A stretch of DNA of 64,000 nt from Negaprion brevirostris (Eukaryota). Location: assembly GCA_030324005.1 (NCBI GenBank), contig JARDVH010000001.1:92254449-92318448 (forward strand). Direction: 5' to 3'. Positions 38,876 to 51,735 of this stretch are shown piece after piece. The number at the start of each line of letters is the position of its first letter. Position 1 is the stretch's first letter. Under the pieces are notes generated by a model, which saw only the letters and a program-made list of their open reading frames with translations, did no database searches and had not been told where the DNA came from. The position numbers and the translations under genes are program-made.

Positions 38876-39549
38876 ATACCAATAAATACTCCCCATCACT
38901 AACTGATTTGACATAAAACACTCTTACATTTGCAGAGTACCACACACCGTGCATTTAAGTAATCTATTTTCTATAATCCTAATGGTTTTACGGTGACACA
39001 TTCTCCTGGGTAATGTAAGCATAGAACAGAATGCAGAAAAGCACTTTCCCATTGGAATGTCAGATGAGCCTACAGTCATAAGTAGCATGCTGCTGTGATT
39101 AAAACAGGTTTTAACCTTGTGTGTTCTTCTTGTAAAATCTGAACAGAAATGTAATAGTGCACTTAATACCTGCAGCATCATGTCTGTAAAGCCTATTTCC
39201 ATTTGATTTAGTGTTCGGGTAACTTACATCATTGTACTTAAGGTAAAAATAAAAGGTCAGTGTGCTTTGAATATATTGATCAAAAATTAGAAATGCTGAT
39301 TTCTTGATTAAATGTAAACGTGTCCAACTCTTTTCTCCAGATTGAATGCTGCATTTCAGTCTGTGTGTGCATAATCTAAACCCATGGGAAAAAAACTGAG
39401 CAAAGCATCCGAGGGGATAATGACATTATCTATAATGAGATTGTTTTCATTGGATCAATAGACTAAGAAAAACTCGGGAGACAGTTGTTGCAAGCTAATT
39501 CGTCCTGTTGTGCAAAATGGAAAACTAACGGCAAAATTGTTTCACTTAC

Positions 39550-39693
39550 AGTGTTTTAAGACTATCCAGGCCTTTGAACATTTTGCGATGCACAATTTCC
39601 AGGCGGTTACCCGTCAGCAGGACTTCATTTACACCAGTAGCTCCCTCGAATACGCCCTCCTCAATATCTGTAATCTTATTATTGCTCAAATTT
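39550..39693 (-). CDS. slit2: Slit2 exon 18 equivalent, 144 nt, two LRRs
   Basis: ttttag|A AAT TTG...ACA CT|gtaagt; [47 protein letters not shown](L). Confidence 0.97.
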
Positions 39694-42513
39694 CTAAAAG
39701 ACAAAGCATGGAAGGAATTCAGAAACTTACAGGCTTAATTGAAAGTATTACCAGAGCTGGGCTTAGATGTCAGGTTTCATCAAGTGAGCACTGCCGTATA
39801 TGAATATAGGAAATAAATATTGAACACTAGGCATTTTCCTCAGTTCGCAATCTGATGGAGGTGTTAAAGGTCAGGCCAATTAAATTCTATCAATACAATC
39901 AGACAGCAAAGCAAATTGTCTCTCCCCAATAAATGCAAGGAAGGTATTTATGCCCTCCAACAGAACACAATTCTGGGATGCTTGTGACACAAATGATTAG
40001 CATTTGGAGCAGAATCTACATCTTGCTCCCTTTAAGTTGAATGTAAAATTGTGCTAAGGGCAGTGCTTCTGCCAGCTACCTCAAATGACAGGAATCCTAG
40101 AAATCAAATGTAAACCTAAGGGGCCCATTGGAACCTATATCAATTGAGGGTGGTGATAGGTTCTATTCCAGGCCTGACATAGGCTGCAAAGTTAAGACTG
40201 AATGCAATAGCACTGATCACCATTGGAGCAAGGACAGTGAGCTTAGCTGACCTACCCTTTTGGCCTGAGCAACCTCATCCATGCCGTCTCAGGATGCAGG
40301 CTGCTGCTCTGAGATTACTCTGTCTCCACTGGGAAAGGGTCTCTGCTGCATATCCACTCCTACTACTTAAATGATTCTGCTCTTTGGATTTGGATGAGGA
40401 CATGCCCAGATTAAAAACAGTAAGTAGAATTTCCACCTCATGACATTCCTGCTAGCAAAAGAGCAAATTCAATTTTTTATTTTTACACTTTGGCATTCAG
40501 ACCAAAATGTGCTCAATGCTGTGTGATACTGACCCAATGTGCTGTAGGCAAGGTTTTGATTTCACACATCATCTGAAAACAGTTCTGTATTATTCATTCT
40601 CAGGATGTGGATATCACTGGCAAGACAAAATTTATTCCCCATCCCTAGCTGCTCTTGAGAAAGTGGTAGTTGGAGTTCTTCTTGAACTGTTACATTTTCT
40701 GATTGTCCTGTCCACTTAATTGTAACAAGATGTAAGCTCTTATTGATTAATAAATGAAAAATTAGTGCCTTCTGAAAGTGATACCAAGCCATATGGACCA
40801 GGAATATGGTCTTAATGTTGGATTTTTGCAAAAGTAAGTCATGGCATCGATATTTACTGGGAGGCAAGAGAGAGTGTGATGGGGGAAGGGAAGAAAACAT
40901 GGAAATCTTACAGGCATTTTATTTTCTTTTTCCCAGTTCCCAAACAGCCAAACTGGTGGGCTGGTTGCCTGGTGAGAAAGCTGGAGGCTGCAGTCAGGGA
41001 CACTTGGGTACAATCCCTGTCAATCAAGAGTGTGAAGGGGTAAGACCGCACATTGTACATTTTTCTAAATTATATATAGATAAGTCATCATTGTTCATAA
41101 ATTTTTAAAAACTGAACGAAGACCTTTAAAATGGTTGCAACTGTGCCTGTCTGTGACTCCTGAACAAAAGAAGCCACTTTGCATTTTTAGGATAATCCAC
41201 ACCTCATTATCTCTGAGGAAACACTAACAGTCCCTGTGTATAGCCCAACTTTAAAAAGAAAGGGTTATATAAAGGCCATCTGTATTTAATAGTCCAGGCT
41301 AGCCAGAAGAAGATGGATTATCTACTAAGACATAGGCACCTCAACCTTCTTTTCAACTCCTAATGGTGAAAATCCAAACGATGGATATACATCCATTGTC
41401 AAAGATGATGGAGAGGTGGGAGTCATGTGAAATGAGCCTCTGGCATGTGCAACAAGTAATACTGCCTTGATAAACTGTTCAGTCTGCTGTTTAACATCTG
41501 ACTAGCAGGCCACACTGAAGGAGCTCTGGCCCAAGTTGGACACTGANNNNNNNNNNNNNNNNNNNNNNNNNNNNNNNNNNNNNNNNNNNNNNNNNNNNNN
41601 NNNNNNNNNNNNNNNNNNNNNNNNNNNNNNNNNNNNNNNNNNNNNNCTCTAATGGAAGTTCTGTGCCGTTGCCTATTAGATCGACTCATCTCCGTATGCC
41701 TATCTCATTGTGTGAAGTCAACACCATTGAAAAAATGAATTATACGGCATTGGTTTTCAATCCAATGACCTCAGTGAAGGAATACCTCATTTGAATTTGA
41801 TTCTGGACTCTGGAATACACATGAGCCAATATTTATTTTCTCTGTGGTCTCTGTACTATAAATCCTTATTTTTCCTGTCTCTTTCTTTAATATCTGAACG
41901 TGGAGGTGACATTGTTCCCGTGTTTTGACTGTGTGCAATTAAACTAACCCTTTGAGTTCATCTTATTTCGAGTTTGCTGTGGGATTGTTAATAGAAAATT
42001 TGATTATGCTAAAACTGGGAAATACTCCACTGCTGATAAACAAGGAAAAAAATCAAAACGCCTTACTGTTCCCAGATAGGTGATGAAAGGAGGCATCAGT
42101 GCTGTTTTAATTTAAATAAGAGTGACAAGGACTCAGGATTAAAATGTGGGGCAAAGGAGGAATGGAGCAAGCAGGGGGCAATGGAGCGGTTCGGAGAGTA
42201 AAGAGCTCAGTAACTGGAGGGAAAGGTCAGGGCTAAGGATCAGAATTCAACAGGAGGCTCGAATTTGGGGCTCGGAGGAATGACACCAATTGCAATGCTG
42301 AGGTGAGGCCATGCTTTGCAAAAGGCTTCCCTTGAGTGACTGGATGTGACAGTATTACATCAGCACTATCAACCTATGAAAATTAGCTGTTGAATGAAGG
42401 CAGAGTTGGGCATGGTTGTGCTGGCATACAGTCAACCATCCATTTCGGCTCATGGATAAAGAAGACCCACTTGTTATCTGTAGAATCCCACAGAGGTATT
42501 AACTAAAACTTTC

Positions 42514-42690
42514 AGAAAGAAAGTACTTGCATTTATATAGCACTTTTCTTAACCACAAGTAGTCACTGTTGCAGGAAGTATAGCAGCAATCTGTACACAG
42601 CATAGTGCCACAAAGAGCAATGAAATAACTAACCAGATAATTTGTTTTAGTTATGCTGTTTAAGTGATATGTGTTAGAATGGTTACCGCA
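42514..42690 (-). mobile_element. Deu-domain SINE 3' part
   Basis: gaaagtacttgcatttatatagcac...gtagtcactgttg...ccagataatttgttttagt. Confidence 0.7.
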
Positions 42691-42863
42691 CAGGCCTGTC
42701 GAACCTGTGCCAGCTCTCTGAAACAGGAATTTAGCTAGTCCCAATTAGTACTTCCTCTCAGCTGCATGAGTGCACAGTGATCAAGAATGTACAGTACAGA
42801 GTACCTAGAGGTCTAGCACAAATGGCTGAGCAGCAATCTTAAAAGGACAGCTAATCTCCTGAC

Positions 42864-43056
42864 ACAATTTAGCATGGCCAATCAACCTAACCCGCACACC
42901 TTTGGACTGTGGGAGAAAACTGGAGCACCTGGAGGAAACCCACGCAGGCACATTGAGAACATGCAAACTCCACACAGACAGTAGCCTGAAGCTGGGAATC
43001 AAACTCTGGCCCCTGGTGCTGTGAGGCAACAGTGCTAACCACTGTGCCACCGTGCT
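42864..43056 (-). mobile_element. HE1-type V-SINE 5' part
   Basis: aatttagcatggccaatcaacctaacccgcac...gtgctaaccactgtgccaccgtgc. Confidence 0.9.
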
Positions 43057-43139
43057 ACATTGATGCTACCTGAATTTATTATGGTTTTCTAAATGCCCTG
43101 CTGCTACCTTCTTAATTAGATTTGAGCTTTTTTCTAATG

Positions 43140-44012
43140 AAAGATGTTAGGTTAACTGGTCTGCTGCACTCTGTCTTTCTTTTTTCTTGGATAAAGGTTA
43201 TATATAAATTGATGGTTTTTCAATCCATCAGGAGTTTCCAGAATTTATAGAACTTTTGAAGATGACAACCATTTCTGCAGCCACTTCATTTGAGACCCTA
43301 GGATGCAGAGTGCTTGTCAGTCTTTGGTCCCATTAATTTTTCTAGTACTTTCTCTGACAATAGTGATTATTTTCAGTTCCTCTCTCCCTTTTTCCCTTAT
43401 TCCGCTACTATTCTTGAGATGCTTTTTTCCCCTCATTTCCTTGTGCAGATAGATAGAAAATACTTGTTCAGAGCTTCTGCCATCACCTTTTTTTCCATTA
43501 ACTCCCAAGTCTCATCCTCTAAGGCACCAATGCTGACATTAACTGTGCTTTTCTCTTGTAGAATATTTTACTGTCTGTTTTTATGTTCCTTGCTAGTTTT
43601 CTCTCATACTCAACTTCTCCCTCTTTGATTCTTTTACTTATCCTTTGATATTTTCTAACATTTTCCTAAATGTTCTAGCCTACTACTAATCTCACAGCAT
43701 TGTTCATATTTTCTTCCAACTTGATATTCTTAACTTGCTTAGTTAGCCATGGATGGTGTATCCTTCTCATAGAATCTTTCTTTCTCAATGGAACAGATCC
43801 ATGTTGAGAGTTATGAAAATCTCCTTAAATGTCTTTTACCTTCACCTGAACAGGCAGGTGAGGCTTCTGTTTAAAGTTTCCCCCAAAAGAATTCAGTGCT
43901 CCCTCTGTACTGTACTGTGAGCCTTCATTTCTCAACTTAAGCCCTCGTGTGGGACTTGAACCCAAAATGTCATGATTCAGAGACAAGAGTGCTACCAACT
44001 GAGCTAAGGCTG
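43140..44012 (-). mobile_element. CR1 ORF2 relic (43140-43830) followed by Deu-SINE 5' part (43830-44012)
   Basis: Purine-rich CR1-like minus strand; tRNA-like head gtcagccttagctcagttggtagcactcttg...gggttcaagtccc on the minus strand. Confidence 0.7.
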
Positions 44013-44840
44013 ACACACAAGCTGATAAGGAAGGCTGGGAGCCAGCACATCCAGCACATGATCTAAAAAGTATCTTTTCAAGTGGATTCCTGCCAGACAA
44101 TATGGTCAGACTGCAGCAGAATGATAGTCAACTCCAAATATCTTCATACTAATCTATTTCTGGAAACTGTGGTTAAATGGGCACTTCCTTTGTATCGATT
44201 TACTGTTACACCTTGCGGAATTACAATCCAGTATTCAAAGTTAATTACCTAATTACTACCACTGGTCTGGTTCCGGTGCATTCAAATATGACAAGAAAAT
44301 GCACATGTTCTATTGTTACCCGATCAGGAAACGAACCAACACTTTCAGGTCCTAATGCCATTCTAGTTAAACCTCTTAAACATGGCTACCGGTACTTAAA
44401 GAGTAATTACTGGCAATCAAGTACGTAAAATAGTCCTTTGTTCTCTGTCAGTAAATATGTCATTGATTTGAAAAATCAGAGATCTGCGTTATATATACTT
44501 AAAGGAGACAGTAAGAAAGTACTGCCAGGGAAGTTACAGGAGATTGCGGATCGTGCTTCCGGCTTGCAAGAGCTGGCATTCCCTGCTGTTCCAGCACAAG
44601 AGGTCAGCTGGCTGAATGTGAAGTGGGAGATGCCAGTGCTTGAATCAAGAAAAGCTGCTTTTGGCAGTAGCTTAGCACACAGGAGCAACCTGCCAACTCC
44701 AATCTGCCTCACTAACCCTGCTAACAACACATTACAGGTCACTTGTGTGACTGTCTGAAATAATGTCTTTCACAAAACAGAGCCCACAGAGGTGGAAGCT
44801 GCATTTGGGAAAATTGCCCTAAGGTTCAAGTTCAACTCAC

Positions 44841-44915
44841 ATTTTGCGGAGCTGTGGGAGTTTCTTGAAGATGCCAGTGGCTTCCAATACTGTAAATTCA
44901 TTGTTGTTAAGACGC
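44841..44915 (-). CDS. slit2: Slit2 exon 17 equivalent, 75 nt, LRR
   Basis: tttag|G CGT CTT AAC...AAA AT|gtgagt; [24 protein letters not shown](I). Confidence 0.97.
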
Positions 44916-46360
44916 CTAAAATGTTCAAGTGGAAAATAAATCAATTAGCAAAATTTCATCGCAAGAATGTTTTTAACCTAAACTTTTCACACATCAAACC
45001 TGTGCATTTCTTTCCCCAACATGAACCTGATGATTCCTTTGAGGTAGCTTTTGTCAATTTGAAGTTGAAGAATTTACTACTAAATGTTCTCAATTGAAGT
45101 TGGGAGTGTTTTTTTTCCCCCCTGAGTTCGCTAAGCTTTATACTAGTGTTTAACGAGATAAGGATCTGAATACTGTGTCACTTTCATTTTCAAACTGAAC
45201 GATGTTATAAGGAGAGGCTGAATAAACTAGGCTTGTACTCGTTAGAGTTTAGAAGAATGAGGGGAGANNNNNNNNNNNNNNNNNNNNNNNNNNNNNNNNN
45301 NNNNNNNNNNNNNNNNNNNNNNNNNNNNNNNNNNNNNNNNNNNNNNNNNNNNNNNNNNNNNNNNNNNNNNNNNNNNNNNNNNNNNNNNNNNNNNNNNNNN
45401 NNNNNNNNNNNNNNNNNNNNNNNNNNNNNNNNNNNNNNNNNNNNNNNNNNNNNNNNNNNNNNNNNNNNNNNNNNNNNNNNNNNNNNNNNNNNNNNNNNNN
45501 NNNNNNNNNNNNNNNNNNNNNNNNNNNNNNNNNNNNNNNNNNNNNNNNNNNNNNNNNNNNNNGGTCAACTATTTGACAGGGTGGCAAGAGCAATGATTCT
45601 TCCCTCACTCAATTTTTACAAAAGCACATTTTCCAACAGGACTCATTGGAACGCAATCAGGATGGGAAACCCAGGCTGAGAATTTAACTTCCTATATCAC
45701 ACTGAGGGCAACTGTAAAATCTAATGGATAATCTAGCTGAGATTGACTAACCTCTATTTCATAGCTCTGATCCATTTTTGGCAATGTCTTATCAAATGAC
45801 AATTGTGGGCTTATAATGTCAAAACAATTAAAATTAAGTCATTGAATTTAATTTTGCAAAAGGGAATTACTGCTTTAGCAATAGAAGAGCTCCTATGTCT
45901 AGAATATATGATATGGGCTGTGTGTTCCAGTTTAGCAATTCCAGCACAGACATTTGCATCACAGAAATTGGGTTTGGGTTCAGCAGAACTGATTCACAAC
46001 TGTCAAAATTTTCAGTCTGAGCTTGAGGTCTTTATCCTCCTATCCTTGTGGTTATAAATTGGGTGCAATGTTCCCCTGTAAATTAGACAGTGTGTGTGCA
46101 TCATCTCTTGTGATTTATATATTGGGCACGATATTGTGTTGGGTTATAAATTGGACAAGCTCTTGCTGTGCTCGGTAACTGGGTGTTCCCCTCTGAATAA
46201 TACACTGGATGTGTTATCCTATTTAAGTTATAAAATTTGCATCCTATCTCTCCAGCTTATACATGGGGTGTGTTATCCCTGTGGATTTGAAGAACAAAAA
46301 AGAACAAAAACAGCCCAGGAAACAGGCCCTTCGGCCCAACGAGCCCGCGCCGTGGGCGCG

Positions 46361-47350
46361 TTACACTGAGTGTGTTATCCCTGTGGGTTTACACTGAGTG
46401 TGTTATCCCTGTGGGTTTACACTGAGTGTGTTATCCCTGTGGGTTTACACTGAGTGTGTTATCCCNNNNNNNNNNNNNNNNNNNNNNNNNNNNNNNNNNN
46501 NNNNNNNNNNNNNNNNNNNNNNNNNNNNNNNNNNNNNNNNNNNNNNNNNNNNNNNNNNNNNNNNNNNNNNNNNNNNNNNNNNNNNNNNNNNNNNNNNNNN
46601 NNNNNNNNNNNNNNNNNNNNNNNNNNNNNNNNNNNNNNNNNNNNNNNNNNNNNNNNNNNNNNNNNNGTTTACACTGGGTGTGGTATCTCTGTGGGTTTAC
46701 ACTGGGTGTGGTATCTCTGTGGGTTTACACTGGGTGTGGTATCCCTGTGGGTTTACACTGGGTGTGTTATCTCTGTGGGTTTACACTGGGTGCGTTATCC
46801 CTGTGGGCTTACACTGGGGGTGTTATCCTTGTGGGTTCATATTGGATGCATTATCGCTGTGGGTTTACACTGCGTTCGTCATTCCTGTGGGTTTACACTG
46901 GGTGTGTTATCCCTGTGGGTTTACACTGAGTGTTTTAATCCTGCGGGTTTACACTGAGTGCTTTATCCCTGTGGGTTTACACTGGATACATTATCCCTGT
47001 GGATTTACACTGAGTGCGTTATCCCTGTGGGTTTATACTAGGTGTGTTATCCCTGTGGACTTACACTGAGTGTGTTATCCCTGTAGTTTTTTTGCTGGGT
47101 ATGTTATCCCTGTGGATTTCCACTGAGTGCTTTATCCCTGTGGGTTTACACTGAGTGTGTTATCCCTGTGGATTTACACTGAGTGCTTTATCCCTGTGGG
47201 TTTATACTAGGTGTGTTATCCCTGTGGACTTACACTGAGTGTGTTATCCCTATAGGTTTGCAATGAGTATGTTGTCCCTGTGGGTTACAGTGGATGCATT
47301 ATCCCTCTGGGTTTACACTGAGTGTGTTAACCCTTGGGTTTACACTGTGT
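46361..47350. repeat. 28-bp minisatellite (GGGTTTACACTGAGTGTGTTATCCCTGT)n, about 35 units including the gap
   Basis: Directly visible 28-bp period; more diverged units at about 46050-46290; interrupted by a CR1-type tail at 46291-46352. Confidence 0.97.
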
Positions 47351-47882
47351 GCGTTAGCCACTGAGACCCATAGATGGAAGAATACAGCAGAGAGCACCAA
47401 ACTGAACAGTGACCTCCATATTATTAATGTCTCTCAAATACCTAGACACAAAACAAACTTTATTCAGTATTAATGAGTTGGCATCTCAGACACATGGCAT
47501 CAATGGAGTACAATCATTTATGGGTAACAAAGTCACTCTGTAACGCAATATTTGAAAATCAAATGCTGTTTCAAACAATTTGGCCACTGGTGTCTAATTT
47601 CTATCTGATCTGCAGGCTAGAGCCAATACTGGCGCAGTTATTAACACTTGCCAACAGACAGCCAAATGACTTTTTCCCCTTTCCTTTTTTCTAATGTTCA
47701 TGTGCAACCAACAACCCTTCTCCCATGAGTGTACCTTCTTTCTTCCAGCTCAAGAGACGTGGGCCTACTGCCTGAAGCTATTTTCTAAATGTATTCTACA
47801 GTTCTTTGTTTCACTGCCAAAGTGTAGATGAGAAAGACTAAGTCTGTATGTGTGCAGTAGTGGGCTTGCTGTGCCAACTTAC

Positions 47883-48033
47883 AACTCTGCAGTGTACTGA
47901 GGGATATGATCAGGAATTTTCATAAGCCTTTGATTGGAGCAGTCCACAGTGGTTCCCTCGCATCGACATTTTTCAGGGCAAGCAAGGTCCAGGAAGCAGT
48001 CTCCACTGAGTTTGGATCTGTAATCCTCTGTGC
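47883..48033 (-). CDS. slit2: Slit2 exon 16 equivalent, 151 nt, LRRNT of D3
   Basis: ctgcag|GC ACA GAG...GAG TT|gtaagt; (G)[49 protein letters not shown](L); missed by the ORF track. Confidence 0.97.
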
Positions 48034-48717
48034 CTGCAGATTATTTGAGTCAAAATATGCAGATTACTCAAGTCAGCAAACAGAAAAGCAGGTATTTTAA
48101 CAGGAGAAGTAATACTATGTAAAGAGAGTCAATTAACACGCAAGAAAAAAAGGGTCGATTTTTAAGACCATACAGAAAGCAAAATTTCAAGAAATTATAA
48201 TACTGTACCTAGATCTTGAACTAGATCACAGTAAAGATAAGTCCCAAAAGAGTACAGGTAACATTTACAAGCTGACCTTTTAATGCAGGCTCCTTCTGTT
48301 GCAATTTCTACTACAAAGCTAACTGCCTTCTCACACTCCTGTAGCTAGCTCATAATGTTGCTAAGCTTTATCTAATTCAATTTAGTGCTCCCACCTGAGC
48401 CATTTGTTTGAAATAGTGAGTGGAATTCAAAAAGACTGAATACTTCCAGGCCAATTGGAACACATCTGCTACAGTCATTACATTTGTTCTTTCACTTGCT
48501 TTTTCCTACATCAATCTTTGCTTGTCTTTTTATCCACTTTTCTTTATGAGAAAATTCAATCAGCCATGGCCTCAATACAAATGTCATAAGATTGGTTTCT
48601 ACCTCTGAAAGCCTCTGTCTGCAGAACTACCATCCTAAGCTTTGTTGGTCTTTAATCAGAGAATAAGGATATACTGCCTCTGTCTAAGATAGTTCTATTG
48701 TCTCTCACTTGGCATGC

Positions 48718-48824
48718 TGTAGAAGGCATACGTGACGCTCCATGGTGCTTGACAGAACCATGTTTTATTCGTACCTTGCAACCACATGGTTAGATCAAGC
48801 ACAACGGAAAATCCCGCTCAGTTT
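48718..48824 (-). ncRNA. mir218-1: miR-218-1 precursor hairpin (mature 5p at 48784-48804; 3p arm at about 48740-48762)
   Basis: Minus strand reads gggattttccg-TTGTGCTTGATCTAACCATGT-ggttgcaaggtacgaataaaa-CATGGTTCTGTCAAGCACCATGG-agcgtcacg. Exact miR-218-5p with a complementary 3p arm, in the Slit2 intron before exon 16, same strand as the host. Confidence 0.98.
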
Positions 48825-51354
48825 CAGAACCGCATCAGCTAGGCCAGGTAAAGGTGTGAGGGAAGATAGTAGAGGAAAGAAGGCAAAGCATTCTACTGGA
48901 AGAGGTAGAGAATGTAGTAGTGGGGAGCTGGGATACAACAGCATTAGTATAAACAAGGGTAACATTGTTTTCACAAACAGTTAATGTACANNNNNNNNNN
49001 NNNNNNNNNNNNNNNNNNNNNNNNNNNNNNNNNNNNNNNNNNNNNNNNNNNNNNNNNNNNNNNNNNNNNNNNNNNNNNNNNNNNNNNNNNCAGAACGACT
49101 ACTGTGAATGATATGCTGAACACAAGCAATACACATGCCTACATGAAAGAATAGCTCTTTCTCAATCGGATATTGCTCAAATTCAGTATCTGACGTCACT
49201 AGCCAACTATGCATTACTGAAAACCTGATATGTTGGGGCACATGAAGGTATGGAGAAAGGTGGGGGGGAGAAATTTGGGATTGAATGTTGGATGGCTTCT
49301 TACAGGCTGCCAACAGGTTGACTGTGAGGCATTAAATGTATCAGGATAAAGGAAAATAATAGTCGTGGGGGTGTGGTTTGGGAGGGGTGGGAGAGAAGGG
49401 TAGAGTGTGTTGGACCAGATCTGAAAGAGGGGCAAGTGAACGTGGGCAGAGGTTAAGTATCAGGTAGCACACAAATTTGTACTTACAGCCAAAATGGTGA
49501 ATTCCTGCAAAAAGTAAAGAAGCACAGAAGGAAAAGAGAGACAGAGCGATTGCATTTATATTCAGGAAAGCAAAGAAAGCAGCCAATCCACTTGTGCTAA
49601 GACTGCAGAGCATTAGCTTTTAATTAGGTTAAATAAACTAAGTTGTTTACGGGATAATCTCGACTATCAGATTGTACCCAAATAGCGCACAATGCTTTGG
49701 AGATTCAGCAAACAAACCTAACTCCCCAGGAAGAATTACACACTGTCATTGTACTAAATCCCCTTTTAATTATTCAATCAATATGCTGAACACATTGAAC
49801 TATAGGCTTGATTTTGTCTTCTTGATAGGATTAGTTCTCCAACCTACTGGTTGGAGACCCAATGGGAAACCTGTGGGGAGGGCGGGGCATGACCAAATTT
49901 AAGTGTCAGTCCTTCACTGGCAGTTAGGATCTTGGTGATGGATGTCCAGCCACTGAGAGCTGCCAATCAATTAGAGGCAGGCAGCTTTCCATAGCCCGCC
50001 AACACCACTGGGAGTGGCTGCTGTCAGTAATGTACCCGCCAGAAAGGTCTAGGATCACTGAGGGACCCAGACCACAGGTGAGCGAGGCAGGCTGGAGGTC
50101 ACAGAGGGGGGGTCCTGGTAAAGAGTGTGTGGGGGGAGGGGCAGGAAAGGTTTGGATTCATGAGCAAGGAGTCAGTGGACACTCCCTTTACCCATGATGC
50201 GTTCTTCGATTGTGGCATAAAGGTTTTGAAAGAGGGACTCCCTGGGGGGCTGCTGGCAATCCAACAGGGGGGTTTGCTGGGCGATCTTCAGGAGGTGAAT
50301 ACTAATAAAGGTGAACCACTGAGCCACTACAAAGTCTTGGCAGAATGAGAGATAATGGTCTTTAAGTGGCTCATTAACGGGCTTAACTAGCCAGCGGTCA
50401 GGTTCCCAAGATCAGCCCCCTCCTCACCACTGAATTAATGGACATCAGTTTTCCTGCTGGCAGGAGTGGGATGTGTGGCCTATCCCACAGTGATGAGAGC
50501 CATCCACCTATCCACTCTGCTGGCTCCGTTAAATCTGCCTCAATGATGACGTTCAAAATAAAACCAAGTGTTTAGATAATGATGGGAAATATAAGGAATT
50601 TTGTGAAAAATATTTGAATTTACCCAAGGCTATAATGTGTGCCTACAGCATGTAATTATTCCATTTAATTTATTGGATACAGATATTTAACAAATACTGT
50701 CTATTTAGAATCCATTCCTTACACCTCAACAATAATGTATTTAATGAAAGCAGTTCCTATTCTGAGTCTCAGCTATTGCATGAGCATTTATTATTCGGCA
50801 GTTGCTGTTGGGACTGGTTGAAACACGTATATAGGCTTCAAGCTGGCAAATGAACCTACTCGCACGACATTACATTCAAACATACATATCACAGTTTATC
50901 AACTGACATATAGGTTAGGAGAGGAAACAGCTGAAAGAGTCAATGAAAGTGTGTTTGGGAACAATCTAATCTTCATTAATTATAGCAACAAAAAACACAG
51001 CTACACAGTTGCCAAAGGTATGAAAATGTGATGAAGGGTGATTCTACAATCCAGCACTCTGAGCGGGAAGCCTAGTTCACAGGTAATCTTCTGAGGAAGT
51101 GGTAAGCAGACAGTCTGCAATTTCCCAAGACAACATTCCTCTCAAGTGCTACTCGTCACTTGGAGTATCAGACCTCAGAATCTACCCCACTTTCTGCTCA
51201 GTGTATCTGTGCTTCCACAAGAGTGGTTGAAAATGTGAAGAGTTGAATGCCTCTAATGCCTGCTACAGCAAACTTTATGGATACTGTCCCAGTGGGGATG
51301 CTGTATGACCTTCACTTGCCACGCCGCTGCTTGTCTATATGAAATATTCAGCAT

Positions 51355-51735
51355 TAGCCATGGCTCAGCTGGTAGAAATCTCATCTCTGAGTCCAAAGAT
51401 TGAGTTGAGGCTAGCACTTAATGGAGACTGACACCCCTGTGCAGTACTGAGGGTGTGTTGCACTGTCAGAGTGCCATCTTTCAGATGAGGTGTAGAAGAC
51501 GAAGAGAAGGGGAGTTATCTCCAGTGTCCTGGTCAATATTATCCCTCAACCAACATTAAGGAAAAAACAGATTATATGGACATTATCTCACTGGTGTTTG
51601 TGGGAACGAAATACTGTGTGCAAATTCCAACAATCCAACAGTAACTACATGTTAGTAAAAGTACTTCATTGCCTGAAAAGTGCTTTGGGATGTCCTAAGG
51701 TTGTTACGGGTGCTATATAAATGCAAAACGTATTC
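51355..51735 (+). mobile_element. Near full-length Deu-domain SINE (SacSINE1/AmnSINE1-like)
   Basis: tRNA-like head agccatggctcagctggtag, core gcagtactgagggtgtgttgcactgtcagagtgccatctttcagatgag, tail aagtgctttgggatgtcctaagg...gctatataaatgca. Confidence 0.8.

Noticed and set aside
706-45679. Long ORFs made mostly of X (for example 706-1419, 15579-15950, 36957-37800, 45233-45679)
   Set aside because: Artefacts of translating assembly gaps
46361-47350. CRISPR-like array, or repetitive 167-223 aa ORFs
   Set aside because: Units are contiguous 28-mers with no unique spacers, there are no cas genes and the DNA is vertebrate; the ORFs are by-products of a stop-poor repeat and N-runs
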